From Phoronis australis (Eukaryota > Animalia > Phoronida): a stretch of DNA of 64,000 bases. Position 1 is the stretch's first letter, and the number at the start of each line of letters is the position of its first letter. Below are positions 13,226 through 26,346 of the stretch, in pieces. The stretch covers positions 60,676-124,675 of the forward strand of contig NMRA01000423.1 in assembly GCA_002633005.1 (NCBI GenBank), in the 5' to 3' direction. The notes beneath the pieces were generated by a model. That model had not been told where the DNA came from and did not search any database. It was given only the letters and a program-made list of their open reading frames with translations. Made by a program: the position numbers and the translations under genes.

Positions 13226-16200
13226 CTGTAAGTATAACGTGGTCATTAATGACTATTCATAACAAGGCAAAGGCATGTAAACATATCTTAACATGAAGGT
13301 TTTGATGTAAAGTACGCGCAAGCATTGTTGATTTGATTGCGCCAAGTCCATGTTTTTGAACGATTTTGCTGGATTTCCCTTGTGTATAAGCAATTCCAGA
13401 GTCCGTTGATTGTTAATGATTTTGGTTAGTTTGGGATGCCTGTTTAGTAAGTACATATACGTTGATTCGCACGAGTTTTGGACAAATAAACGGCAAAGTG
13501 AATAGGCATTGCCTCAGACTGAGATCAAAACTTTTGAACAATTGACATTTCAGCAGCCAAATATGAGGGCATGAGTAATTTTAAACATAGTGTTGATCAC
13601 TGGTATATCCAGTTTGTGAGAGTATCAATTTGAGACCACATCTTTACGAATAGACTATTAGAATATATATTTCAAAACAATTTCTAGAAAAGCACATCTA
13701 CATGGCACAACTATGAAGGTTATCACCGGGGTTAGTGCCCTACACGTGAGAAGGGGAGGAGAGAGTGAGAGGGAGAGGGGGAGAGAGGGCGTGTGGGAGG
13801 TGGGAAAGGAGGAGGAGGGAGAGGGGGAGGTGTGGAGAGGGGAGAGCTAGGGAGAAATATGACTGCCAGAACCCTGTAATGTGCATTCACAGTGATTCTT
13901 TTGGAAGGATTCCAAATAAAACCCGCTTCACTTTCCACTCAATAGCTCATCACAATAAACGATGCTGTGTCCGGTATGAGTTTATGGTCGACCCGGATCA
14001 TGAACGCAAGCAGTACAATTAGACCCTTTATCACGATCGACTTCACACATCGGTGACTATGGAAGACAAAGAACTTGGGTACTTATAGAGATTTTTAATT
14101 CCTTCACACAGACTATTTAACTAATATAGCACTTTCCGTATTGACTCTCTAGAATAATGGGAGCCAGAAAGCTACCTCCTTTAGATTTCGACTCAAAAAC
14201 CCGTTACTACAAAGCAGTTCATTGATTCAAAGTGTTTTTAAAATGGATTTTTGCACTTTCTGAGAGTTTGGATCGTGTAAGTTACTTTTATTGCGAAAAT
14301 CTAAAAAGTCAATTTGGGAAATAAGTGAGGAATTTTAAAGACATTATACTTAATGATTTTTGGTTTCTCGCCGAGTGATTTCATCAGTGGAAGATGTTAT
14401 TGAGCTCGATGGTTCCCTGCGTGCCTAGCCAGCCGGCAGGTACATGTATCACGCTGTAGCACGCGCTTTAGTATTGGTTGGTGTAACCTCGGCAGTCATT
14501 GGTTAGATGTAGCTTCACAACAACGTTAAAAATGGCGGACTATGGACGATTTTTAGCCTTGTCATGCAAGTGGCGTAGCAGCAACTTTTTCGTTTCCGCA
14601 GTAATCTTTATTAGCCGCGTGCTAGAAGTTCATTCATGTACAATAAACACTCATCTGGCCGAATTAACCGGTGCGGTATTATTCATACTTAATGAATAAA
14701 GGACAGTATCGTAAACAAAAGTCATCGACAGTAGAAAGATGCACTTCGAAAAGGCGCAACCACAATTTCTGGCATTCAGATTTACTGAAAATAAATTTTA
14801 AGTAGCGACTTGTCTGTACAACAGAAAACATTTACACTTGCTCTATCAGTCATGTCAGTTTGTTTGCGTAAAGCGCTGCCTGTTGAGACTTTGGCCAGCC
14901 AATCAGAAACGCCGGTTTAAAAAACTTTGCCGAAGTAAATTAAGTGATACTTGCGTGCTAGATACTGACAATCTAGCGGAACACAGGGAACTAGCGAGCG
15001 TTGATGAGTTGATAGCATGGCGGATAGTAATGATTTTGTAAATCACGAAGACTTAGAGAGCGAGTTTGACGACTATTATGAAGTACGGAGAGGAGATGGT
15101 GGTGAAAACGATACTCGGTCTATAAGTAAAACCGATAATGAGTTAGACCGCGCCATAACAGTCGCCAATTTCGGTGTTTGAGGCCGTACCGACTCGACAC
15201 TTTGGCACCGGTGTCTTCGGAGATTGAAGTCAAGTCGGTGCCTACTCAATTTCGTTGTACAATGTTAATATCAGAGCAGGCATTTTTGTGTCAAAATTCT
15301 GTTTATTTATTGAATCACTGTTCAATTTTGTAACCACTTTAACGTCTTTTCTGTTCTAAAATTATGAAAGCTTTGTACCATTTTGATTCGTCGATTACTT
15401 CGCTCCCGTGACCAACTCCAGTCTTCGTGCCGGCTGTGGTTGTGAACTCAAACTACATGTAGTTGCCTGGCATCTACATTCTATTTTCGTCTATTGGATA
15501 TTGTCATATATGTGGATAACGCACATTCCCACAAAATCCTCGCACACGCGCCTCTTCATTATATGTACTCGTCTCAGGCATTATTCATCAGGTTTCAAAA
15601 CCACCCCGGCTCACGGGTGGCTCACAATGGCGACCACCGGTCTTCTATTGATGACGTTACAAAAATGTTTTAATTCTAATTTTTACATTGATTTCTTGAT
15701 TACAATTACACAAATTGAAAAAGAATTACTTAAAGTAATAGACCAAAATTGTTTGAAGACGAATTCAATCATTTATGACCGTGGTATAAACGCCTTAAAA
15801 CATAGGAATAAATCCCATAACTACGCCTCCCATTGTTGATAAGGTTAAATTAGCTAATTTATTTTAGATTTTTTAAATTGTCTGGTATCGAAATTCTCCC
15901 TCTTATTCAGTCAAAGCCACCGAAAGAAATTCATCTCTCGACGTTTCTAGATATCATCCCTAATCGCTCTTCTTCCCAAAAATACAAAACAACACTTATC
16001 TAGACCAAAACGGACATTATGGAGTAGTGCAAATTTCAAATTAGCCTTTGAATTGTCACGCTGCATAGCCATCACATCGCAATAGATTGAATGATTTTTG
16101 GTTTCCCGCTAAATGATGTCATCAGTGGAAGACGTTGATGAGCTCGCTGGTTCCCAACGTGCCTAACCAGCACGCAGGTGTCACAACATGCCGTGTAGCC

Positions 16201-17547
16201 GAGGAAACATCGCATGCGCGTAAAGGGACGGTTACAATCGTCCGAAGGACAAGTGAGTTCATAAAAGTCTAACCAATAGTGGCAATTTCTGGCGGTTGAG
16301 GTTGCTTTGCTTGACTAGATTAGTGCACCCAGAGTTCTGATAGTTGACAGGATCATGGACTTTGTCTACTGCTTTCACGACTTAGGCACTCTGCCGTGCA
16401 ACTAAACGTTCGTCACTAACATAGTCTCTCGATACAGTCTTTATATAATCACAGTCTCAGAGCTCCCAGGGTTAGAACTGGTATCTATACTCAAATCAGT
16501 TCTAGGGACAAACGTGTTCCAATCAGAAGACATTTGTTTCACCTTCTTAAGGCAATTCAAGAGAATGGCTACTTTGTAAAGTTCTGAGCACTCACTGCCA
16601 GCATACAAGCAGGCATCAATGTCTTGGTTTGTGATGGACATAAGTACGGAACTCTCTGTCGTTGTGATGTACCGGGACATCAGAAAAATGCTGTTTTTTG
16701 CAGACATGCTTTTCAACGTTTCTGGCACATGAATTCAAGAGTCAATACAGCGGTCGACGCGCAAGTAGGTCGTTTAATGCTACTGTCTCGGAGCAGCCAA
16801 TGAACACATGTAATATTTTTCACCTCAAAGAAGTTGTAATTGAACATTCATAATAAGCCCCACTTTGTTCGACTTGCATTCTTCACTTTCTCTATATACA
16901 TTGTGTGGAGGATCAACCAAGAGACTGTGGGTGCAAATGAAAGTAGAACTTTAATAAAGTTCTTCAGTTACAGCAATTACACACATTTCAATTGGTGATG
17001 CATTTTACTCCCTAAAATTACGAGAAAGCAGCCTCCACCATGTTTCTCAGTTATTAAAAATGCACATTTGGGCTCAGATTTTTTAAAAAGTATTGAATTA
17101 ATAATTAAAACCGCTACAACATTAGATGGCTTCCGAAAGACTTCGACTTGATGACTACGTATTACGTTTTCACTTCATCATATGGGAACCCTGCATGCAA
17201 TTGCAAACTTCAATAAGCCGTGCAACGTTCTCCAAATTTTAGAAGGGGTTAGGAAATGGATTGTAACTTTATTAATCCAGACCCACGAACCTATCTTCAA
17301 TAAATAAATAAAGCTCTGCATTAGAAATGGATACCTATACAGACATTCGAAACTTGTAATCCATCCTTATTGCCATCCAAACCTACTGATAGTGTTGTCT
17401 ATACAACAAGCAGCAGTGTCGTGTAGTTGCAAACATACATGTACAAGGTACGTGAACATGTAAATCAGCAATCGATAGTTAACTAAAACCTGAATCCATC
17501 TTATTTAAATCCATCAATTTTTAACAAGATGTTGGTTAAAAACTAAC

Positions 17548-17718
17548 CTGGGCATCTCCTGCTATTACAGTTTTGATTTTTCGAGCCACTTCCGGAACAC
17601 GAAGTGCCGCCATGAGCAGGTGAAGGATTGGTACACGTCCTTGTCGCTCTCTGTGTCCCGCCTCCACAACTTGCAGTACACGGTCCCCATCTACTCCATG
17701 CTGACCAACCACCATTCA
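17548..17718 (-). CDS. TSR exon, array copy C, 171 nt, phase 1-1
   Basis: Canonical splice sites; encodes [57 protein letters not shown]. Confidence 0.9.
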
Positions 17719-20700
17719 CTGTAAGTATAACGTGTTCATTAATGACTAAATAAAACAAGTCAAAGGCATGTAAACATATCTTAACATGAAGGTTTTGATG
17801 TAAAGTACGTGTCAGCATTGTTGATTTGATTGCGCCAAATCCATGTTGTTTGGAACGAATTTGCTGGATATCCCTTGTGTACTGTATAAGCAATTCCAAA
17901 GTCAGTTGATTGTTAATGATTTTGGTTAGTTTGGGATGCCTGTTTAGAAAGTACGTTGATTCGCACGAGTTTTGGACAAATAAACGGCAAAGTAATTATG
18001 CATTGCCTCAGACTGAGTTCAAAAACTTTTGAACAAGTGACATTTCAGAAGCCAAAAAGGAGGGCTTGAGGAATTTTTAACATAGTGTTGATCACTGGTA
18101 TATCCAGTTTGTGAAGGTATCAATTTGAGACCACGTCTTTACGAATAGACTATAAAAATATATATTTCAAAAGAATTTCTAGAAAAGCACATCTACTTGG
18201 CACAACCATGAAGGTTATCACCTGGGTTAGTGCCCTACACTTGAGAAGGGGAGGGGAGAGTGAGAGGGAGAGGGAGAGAGAGGAGGTGTGGGAGGCGGGA
18301 AAGGAGGGGGAAGGGGAAGGGGAAAGTGTGGAGAGGGGAGAGCGATGGAGAAATATGACTGCCAGAACCCTGTAATGTGGAATCACAGGGATTCTTTTGG
18401 AAGAATTCCATATAAAACCCGCTTTACTTTCCACTCAATAGCATTTCACAACACACGATGCTGTGTCCGGTTTGAGTTAATGGTCGACCCGGATCATGAA
18501 CACTAGCGGTACAATTAAACCCTTGATCATGATCCACTTCACTCATCGGTGCCTATGTAAGACAAAGAACTTGGGTACTTATAAAGCTTTTTAATTCCTT
18601 CACACAGACTATTTAACTAATATGGGACTTTCCGTAATGACTCTCTAGAATAATGGGAGCCAGACAGCTCTCGTTACTACAAAGCAGTTCATTAATTTAA
18701 CGCGTTTTTAAAATGGATTTTTGCACTTTCTGAGAGTTTGGACCGAGTAAGTTACTTTTATTACGAGAATCTAAAAAGTCAATTTGGGAAATAAGTGAGG
18801 ACTTCTAAAGAAATTATAGTTAATGATTTTTGGTTTCCAGCCAAGTGAATTCATCAGTGGAAGACGCCTGTTGAGCTCGGTGGTTCCCTACGTGCCTAGC
18901 CAGCCGGTAGGTACCACGCAGTAGCACGCGTTTTAGAATTGGTTGCTGTAACTTCGGCAGTCATTGGTTACCTTTACAACAACGTGAAAAAATGGCGGAC
19001 TATTGACGATTTTTAGCCTTGTCATGCAAGTGGCGTAGTAGCAACTTTTTCGTTTCCGCAGTAATCTTTATTAGCCGCATGCTAGAAGCACATTCATTTA
19101 CAATAAACACACATCTGGCCGATTTAACCGGTGCGGTATTATTCATACTTAATGAATAAAGGACAGTATCGTAAACAAAAGTCATCGACAGTAGAAAGAT
19201 GCACTTCGAAAAGGCGCAACCAAAATTTCTGGCATTCAGATTTACTGAATATAAATTTTAAGCAGCGACTTGTCTGTACAACAGACAGCATTTACACTAT
19301 GTCTTGCTCTATCAGTCATGACAGTTTGTTTGCGTAAAGCGCTGCCTGTTGAGACTTTGACCAGCCAATCAGAAACGCTAGTTGGTTTAAAAAATTTTCC
19401 TGAGGTAAATTAAGTGATGTTTGCGTGCTGGATACCGACAACCTAGCGGCACGCAGGGAACAGGCGAGCGTTGATGAGTTGATAGCATGGCGGATAGTAA
19501 TGATTCTGTAAATCACGAAGACTTAGAGAGCGAGTTTGAGGAGTATTATGAAGTACGGTGAGGAGATGGAGGTGAAAACAATACTCGGGCTATAAGTGAA
19601 ACCGATAATGAGTTAGACCGCGCCATATCAGTCGGCACTTTGGGTGTTTGATGCCGTACGGACTCGACCTTTTGGCACCGGTGTCTTCGGAGATTGAAGC
19701 CAAGTCGGCGCCTACTCATTTTTTTGTACAATATTGATATCAGAGCAGAAATTTCTGGGTGGTAATTGTGTTTTTTTATTGAGTCACGGTTCAATTTTCT
19801 AACAACTTTAACGTCTTTTCTGTTCCAATATTATGAAAGCTTTGTATCATTTTGAGTTGACGATTATTTCGCTCCCGTGACCAACTCCAGCCTCAGTGCC
19901 GGCTGTGGTTGTGAACTCAAAGTACATGTAGTTGCCTGGCATCTACATTCTATTTTCTATTATTGGATATTAGCATATATGTGGATAACGCACATTCCCA
20001 CAAAATCCTCGCACACGCGCCTCTTCATAATACTCGTCTCAGGCATTATTCATCAGGTTTCAAAACCACCCCGGCTCACGGGTGGCTCACAATGGCGAAC
20101 ACCGGTCTTCTATTGATGACGTCACAAAAAACTTTTTATTTATAATTTTTACCTTTATTTCTTGATTACAATTACACAAATTGAAAAAGAATTACTTAAA
20201 CTAATACACCAAAATTGTTTGAAGACTAATTCCATCATTTACGACTGTGGCATAAACGCCTTAAAACATAGGAATAATTCCCATAACTACTCCTCCCATT
20301 GTTGATAAGGTTAAATTAGCTAATTCATTTTAGATTTTTGAAATCGTATGCTATCGAAATTCTCCCTCTTAATCAGTCAAAGCCACCGAAAGAAATCCAT
20401 CTCTCGACTTTTCTAGATATCATCCCGGATCGCTGTTCTTCCCAAAAATACAAAACAACACTTATCTAGACCAAAACGGACATTATGGAATAGTGCAAAT
20501 TTCAAATTAACCTTTGAATTGTCACGCTGCACAGCCATCGCATCGCATTAGATTGAATGATTTTTTGTTTCCCGCCAAGTGATGTCATCAATGGAAGACG
20601 TTTATGAGCTCCCTGGTTCCCAACGTGCCTAACCAGCACGCGGGTATCACAACATGCCGTGCAGTCGAGGAAACATCGCAAGCGCGTAGCGGGACGGTTA

Positions 20701-21038
20701 AAATCGTCCGAAGGACAAGTGAATTCATAAAATTCTAGCCATTGTTGGCAATTTTAGGCGGATTAGATTAGACCCACGAACCTATCTTCAATAAATAAAT
20801 AAAGCTCTGCATTGGAAATGGATAACTATACAGACATTCGAAGCTTGGAACCAACCCTTCTTGCCATCCAAACCTACTGATAGTGTTGTCTATACAACAA
20901 GCAACACTATCGTGTAGTTGCAAACATACATGTACAAGGTACATGAACATGTAAATCAGCAATCGATAGTTAACTAAAACCTGAATCCATCTGATTTAAA
21001 TCGATCGATTTTTAACAAGATGTTGGTTAAAAACTAAC

Positions 21039-21209
21039 CTGGGCATCTACCGCTATTACAGTTTTGATTTTTCGAGCCACTTCCGGAACACGAAGTGCCG
21101 CCATGAGCAGGTGAAGGATTGGTACACGTCCTTGTCGCCCTCTGTGTCCCGCCTCCGCAACTTGCAGTACACGGTCCCCATCTACTCCAGGCTGACCAGC
21201 CACCATTCA
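21039..21209 (-). CDS. TSR exon, array copy D, 171 nt, phase 1-1
   Basis: Canonical splice sites; encodes ...[37 protein letters not shown]. Confidence 0.9.
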
Positions 21210-24200
21210 CTGTAAGTATAACGTGTTCATTAATGACTAAACAAAACAAGGCAAAAGCATATAAACATATCTTAACATGAAGGTTTTGATGTAAAGTACG
21301 TGGAAGCATTGTTAATTTGATTGCGACAAATCCATGTTGTTTGGAACCATTTTGCTGGATTTCTCTTGTGTATAAGCAATTCCAGAGTCAGTTGATTGTT
21401 AACGATTTTGGTTAGTTTTGGATGCCTTTTTAGTAAGTACATTGATTCGCACGAGTTTTGGACAAATAAACGGCAAATTAGTAATGCATTGCTTCAGACT
21501 GAGTTAAAAAACTTTTGAATAATTGACATTTCAGTAGCCAAAATGAAGGCTTGAGGAATTTTAAACATAGTGTTGATCACTGGTATATCCAGTTTGTGAG
21601 GGTACCAATTTGTGATCACATTTTCACGAATAGACTATAAGAATATATATTTCAAAACAATTTCTAGAAAAGCACATCTACATGGCACAGCTATGAAGGT
21701 TATCGCCTGGGTTAGTGCCCTACACTTGAGAAGGGGAGGGGAGAGTGAGAGGGAGAGGGAGAGAGGGGGTGTGGGAGGTGGGAAGGGACGGGGAGGGGAA
21801 GGGGAGGTGTAGAAAGGGGAGAGCTAAGGAGAAATATTACTGTCAGAACCCTCTAATGTGCAATCACAGTGATTATTTTGGAAGGATTCCAAATAAAATC
21901 CGCTTCACTTTCCACTCAATAGCACATCACAATACACGATGTTGTGTCCGGTATGAGTTTATGGTCGACCCGGATCACGAACACAAGCAGTGCAATTAGA
22001 CCCTTTATCACTATCCACTTCACTTATTGATGCCTATGGAAGACAAAGAACTTGGGTACGTGTAAACTTTTTTAATTCCTTCACACAGGCTATTTAACTA
22101 ATATGGGACTTTCCGTATTGACTCTCTAGAATAATGGGAGCCAGAAAGCTACCTCCTTTAGATTTCGACTCAAAAACTCGTTACTACAAAGTATTTCATT
22201 AATTTAACGCGTTCTTAAATTTAATTTTTGCACTTTCTGAGAGTTTGGACCGTTTATGATACTTTTATTACGAAAATCTAAAAAGCCATTTTGGGAAATG
22301 AGTGAGGAATTTTAAAGAACTTATAACTAATGATTTTCACGCTAAGTGATTTCATCACTGAATGACGTTGATGAGATCGCTGGTTCCCTACGTGCCCAGC
22401 CAGCACGCAGGTATCACGCGCCTCGGCATTTTGTTGGTGTAACCTCGGCAGTCATTGGTTAGATGTAGCTTCACAACAACGTGAAAAAATGGCGAACTAT
22501 GAACGATTTTTCGCCTTGTCATGCAAGTGGTGTAGCATCAACTATATTGTTTCTGCAGTAATTTTTATTAGCAGCGTTCTTGAAGCATATTCATGTACAA
22601 TAAACAAACATCTGGTGGATTTAACCGGTGCAGTGTTATTCATACTGAATGAATACAGGACAGTAACGTGAAAAAGTCATCGACAGTAGAAAGATGCACT
22701 TCGAAAAAGCGAAACCACAATTACTGGCATTCAGATTTACTGAACATAAATTTTAAGCAGCGACTTGTCTGTACAACATACCATATTTACACGTGCTCTA
22801 TGCATCATGCCAGTTTGTTTGCATAAAGTGCTGCCTGTTGAGACTTTGACCAGCCACTCGGAAACGCCGGTGGAACAACATTTCCCGAGAAAAATTAAGA
22901 GATATCTACGTGCTGGTTACCGTCCACCTAACGGCACGCATGGAACCAGCGAGCGTTGATGAGTTGATAGCATGGCGGATAGTAATGATTTTGTACGTCA
23001 CGAAGACTCAGAGAGCAAGTTTGACAAGTATTTTGAAGTACAGTGAGGAGATAGTGGTGAAAACGATACTCGGACCATAAGTGAAACCGATAAAGAGTTA
23101 GGTCTCGCATCATCAGTCGGCACTTAGGGTGTTTGAGGCCGTACGGGCTCGACCCTTTGGCACCGGCGTCTTCGGAGATTGAAGTCAATTCGGCGCCACT
23201 CAATCTGCGGACCATCTTGATTTCAGAGCAGACATTTCTGGCTGGTAATTCTGGTTTTTTACTGAATCACGGTTCAATTTTCTAACCACTTTAACATCTT
23301 TTCTGTTCTAAAATTATGACATCTTTGTACCATTTTTGTTCGTCGATTATTTCGCTCCGGTGACCAACTCCAGCCTCAGTGACCGCTGTGGTTGTTAACT
23401 CAAAAGTACATGTAGTTGCCTGGCATCTACATTCTATTTTCTACTATTGGACATTGGCATATATGTGGATAACGCACACTCCCACAAAATCCTGACACAC
23501 GCGCCTCTTCATAATACTCGTCTCAGGCATTATTCAGCTCTTTTCAAAACCACCCCTGCTCACGGGTGGCTCACAATGGCGAACACCGGTGTTACAATGA
23601 TGACGTCACTCAAAATATGTTATTTTATAATTTTTGCCTTTATTTCTTGATTACAAGTACACAAATTGAAAAAGAATTACTTAAACTGCTAGACAAAAAT
23701 TGTTGGAAGACGAATTCAATCATTAATGACCGTGGTTTAAACGCTTAAAAAAGAGAAACGAATCCCATTAACAGCCCCTTCCATGTTTGATTAGGTTGAT
23801 TTAGCTAATTTATTTTAGCTTTTTGAAATCGTCCGGTATCGAAATTCTCCCTCTTTATCAGTCAAAGCCACCAACCAAAATCCATGTCTCGATATTTCTA
23901 GATATCATCGCGAATTGCTATTTTTCCCAAAAATACAAAACAACACTTGTCTAGACCAAAACGAACATGATGGAGTTCTGCAAAGGTAATACTAGCCTTT
24001 GACATGTCTTGCTGCACAGCCATCACATCGCATTAGAGTTAATGATATCTGGTTTCCCGCCAAGTGATGTCATCAGTGGAAGTCTTTGATGAGCTCGCTG
24101 GTTCCCAACTGAATTCATAAAAATCTAGCCAATGGTGGCAATTTCTGGCGGCTTAGGTTGTTTTGCTTGACTAGATTAGTGCACCCAGAATTCTGATAGT

Positions 24201-25374
24201 CGACAGGATCATGGACTTTGTCTACTGCTTTCACGACTTGGGCACCCTTCCGTGCAACTAAACATTCGTCACTAAGATAGTCTCTCGATACAATCTTTAC
24301 ATAATCACAGTCTCAGAGCTACCAGGGTTGGCACGGGTATCAACACTCAAATCAGTTCTAGGGACAAACTTGTTCCAATCAGGATACATTTCGACCGCTT
24401 TCTTAAGGCAATTAATGAGAATAGCTACTTTGTAAAGTTCTGAGTACTCACTGTCAGCATACAAGCAAGCATCAATGTCTTGGTTTGTGATGGACATAAG
24501 TACGGAAATTTCTGTCGCTGTGATGTACCGGGACATCAAAAAACTGCAGTTTTTCGCAGACAAGCTTTTCAACGTTTCTGGCACACGAATTCAATAGCCA
24601 TTACAGCGATCGACACGCAGGTAGGTCGTTTAATGCTACTGTCTGGGCACAGCCAATGAACACGTGTAATGTTTTTCACCTCAAAGAAATTGTAATTGGA
24701 CATTCATAATAAGTCTCACTTTGTTCGACGTTCATTTTCAGTTTCTCTATATACACTGTATGGAGGATCTATCAAGAAACTGTGGGAGCAAATGAAAATA
24801 GAACTTTAATACAGTTCTTCAGTTACACAATTACACACATTTCAATTGGTGATGCATTTTACTCCCTAAAATTCCGATTAAGCTACCTCCACCATGATTC
24901 TCAGCAAGAAAAAAAATGCCCTTTTGGGCTCAGATTTTTTAAAAATCATTGAATCACTAAACGCCGCAATTTTAATAAATGGCTTCCTAAAGACTTTGTG
25001 TTGATGACTGCAGATTTCGTTTTCACTTCATCAATATGGGAAACCCCGCATACAATCGCAAACTTCACTAAGCCGGGCAACGTTCTCTGGATTTTCAGAA
25101 GGGGTTAGGTAATGTATTGTAACTTTATTTACGCACACTCATGAACCCTCAAAAATAAATAAAGCTGTGCATTAGAAGTGGATTCCTATACAGGCATTCG
25201 GAATTCACCCTTATTGCCATCCAAACCTACTGATAGTGTTGTGTATACAACAAGCAACACTGTCTTGTAGTTGCAAACATACAAGGTACATCAGCAGTCA
25301 ATAATTAATTAAATACTTGAATCCACCTTATTTAAATTGGCCAATTTTTAACAAGATAATGGTTAAAAACTAAC

Positions 25375-25500
25375 CAAGGCATCTTTCACTATTACAGCTT
25401 TGTATTTTCGAGCCACTTCCGGAACACGTAGCACCGCCATAAGCAGGTGTAGGATTTGTACACGTCCTTGTCGCCCTTTGTGACCCGGCTCCGCAACTTG
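25375..25500 (-). pseudogene. 5'-truncated, diverged TSR pseudo-exon (acceptor and WxxW region deleted)
   Basis: Reads [41 protein letters not shown] with the donor retained; fused at 25500 to intronic sequence of the next unit. Confidence 0.85.
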
Positions 25501-25588
25501 TAAATCAGCAGTCAACAACTTACTAAAAACCTGGATCTATCTTATTTAAATTCATCGATTTTTAACAAGACGTTGGATAAAAACTAAC

Positions 25589-25759
25589 CTGGGCATCTCC
25601 TGCTATTACAGTTTTGATTTTTCGAGCCACTTCCGGAACACGAAGTGCCGCCATAAGCAGGTGAAGGATTGGTACACGTCCTTGTCGCCCTCTGTGACCC
25701 GCCTCCGCAACTTGCTGTACAAGCTCCCCAGCTACTCCAGGCTGACCAGCCACCATTTA
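25589..25759 (-). CDS. TSR exon, last array copy, 171 nt, phase 1-1
   Basis: Canonical splice sites; encodes [57 protein letters not shown]. Confidence 0.9.
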
Positions 25760-26346
25760 CTGTAAGTATAACGTGTTAGTTAGTGTCTAAACAAAACAAT
25801 GCAAAGGTATGTAAACATGTCTTAACATGAAGGTTTTGATTTAGAGTAAGTGCATGCATAGTTGGTTTGATTTCGCCAAATCTAAGTCGTTTGGAACGAT
25901 TTTGCTGGATTTCCCTTGTGTATAAGCTATTCCAAAGTCCGTTTTTGTCAATGATTTTGACCAGTTTGGGATGCCTGTTTAGTAAGTACGTTGATTCGCA
26001 CGGCAAAGTACATGTAATCATACATCTCCTCAGACTGAGTTCAAAAACTTTTGAACAATTGACATTTCAGCGAGCCAAAAATGAGGGATTGAGGAATTTT
26101 AAACATAGTGTTGATCGCTGGTATATCCAATTTGTGAGGGTATCAATTTGAGACCACATCTTTACGAATAGACTATAAGCATATTTATTTCAAAACAATT
26201 TCTAGAAAAGCACATCTACATTCCAAAAAAATACAAAACAACACTTGTCTAGACCAAAACGGACATTATGGAGTTCTGCAAAGGTCAAATTAGCCTTTGA
26301 CTTGTCACGCTGCACTGCCATCACATCCTTGTGTTAAGTTTCACTG

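Larger units (their letters stand above)
846..26328. repeat. Tandem segmental duplication array, ~4.4-4.5 kb unit, about 5-6 copies, each carrying one TSR exon
   Basis: Anchor tttttaattccttcacacag recurs at ~850, ~7684, ~14092, ~18587, ~22071. Homologous exon ends at 4273, 13055, 17548, 21039, 25375/25589; spacings are 8782 (4430 after removing two TE insertions), 4493, 3491 (unit with ~1 kb deletion) and 4336. Confidence 0.97.

Noticed and set aside
2136-23748. Recurrent short ORFs in each unit (MTNSSLSA..., MPETLKSM..., MTCLAAQP...)
   Set aside because: Their recurrence reflects the DNA duplication; frames are broken by stops or indels in some copies, and no domain or splice support is seen.
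4246-25756. Alternative-frame ORFs over the TSR exons ([11 protein letters not shown]...)
   Set aside because: Shadow frames of the TSR exons; the splice phases support the TSR frame.
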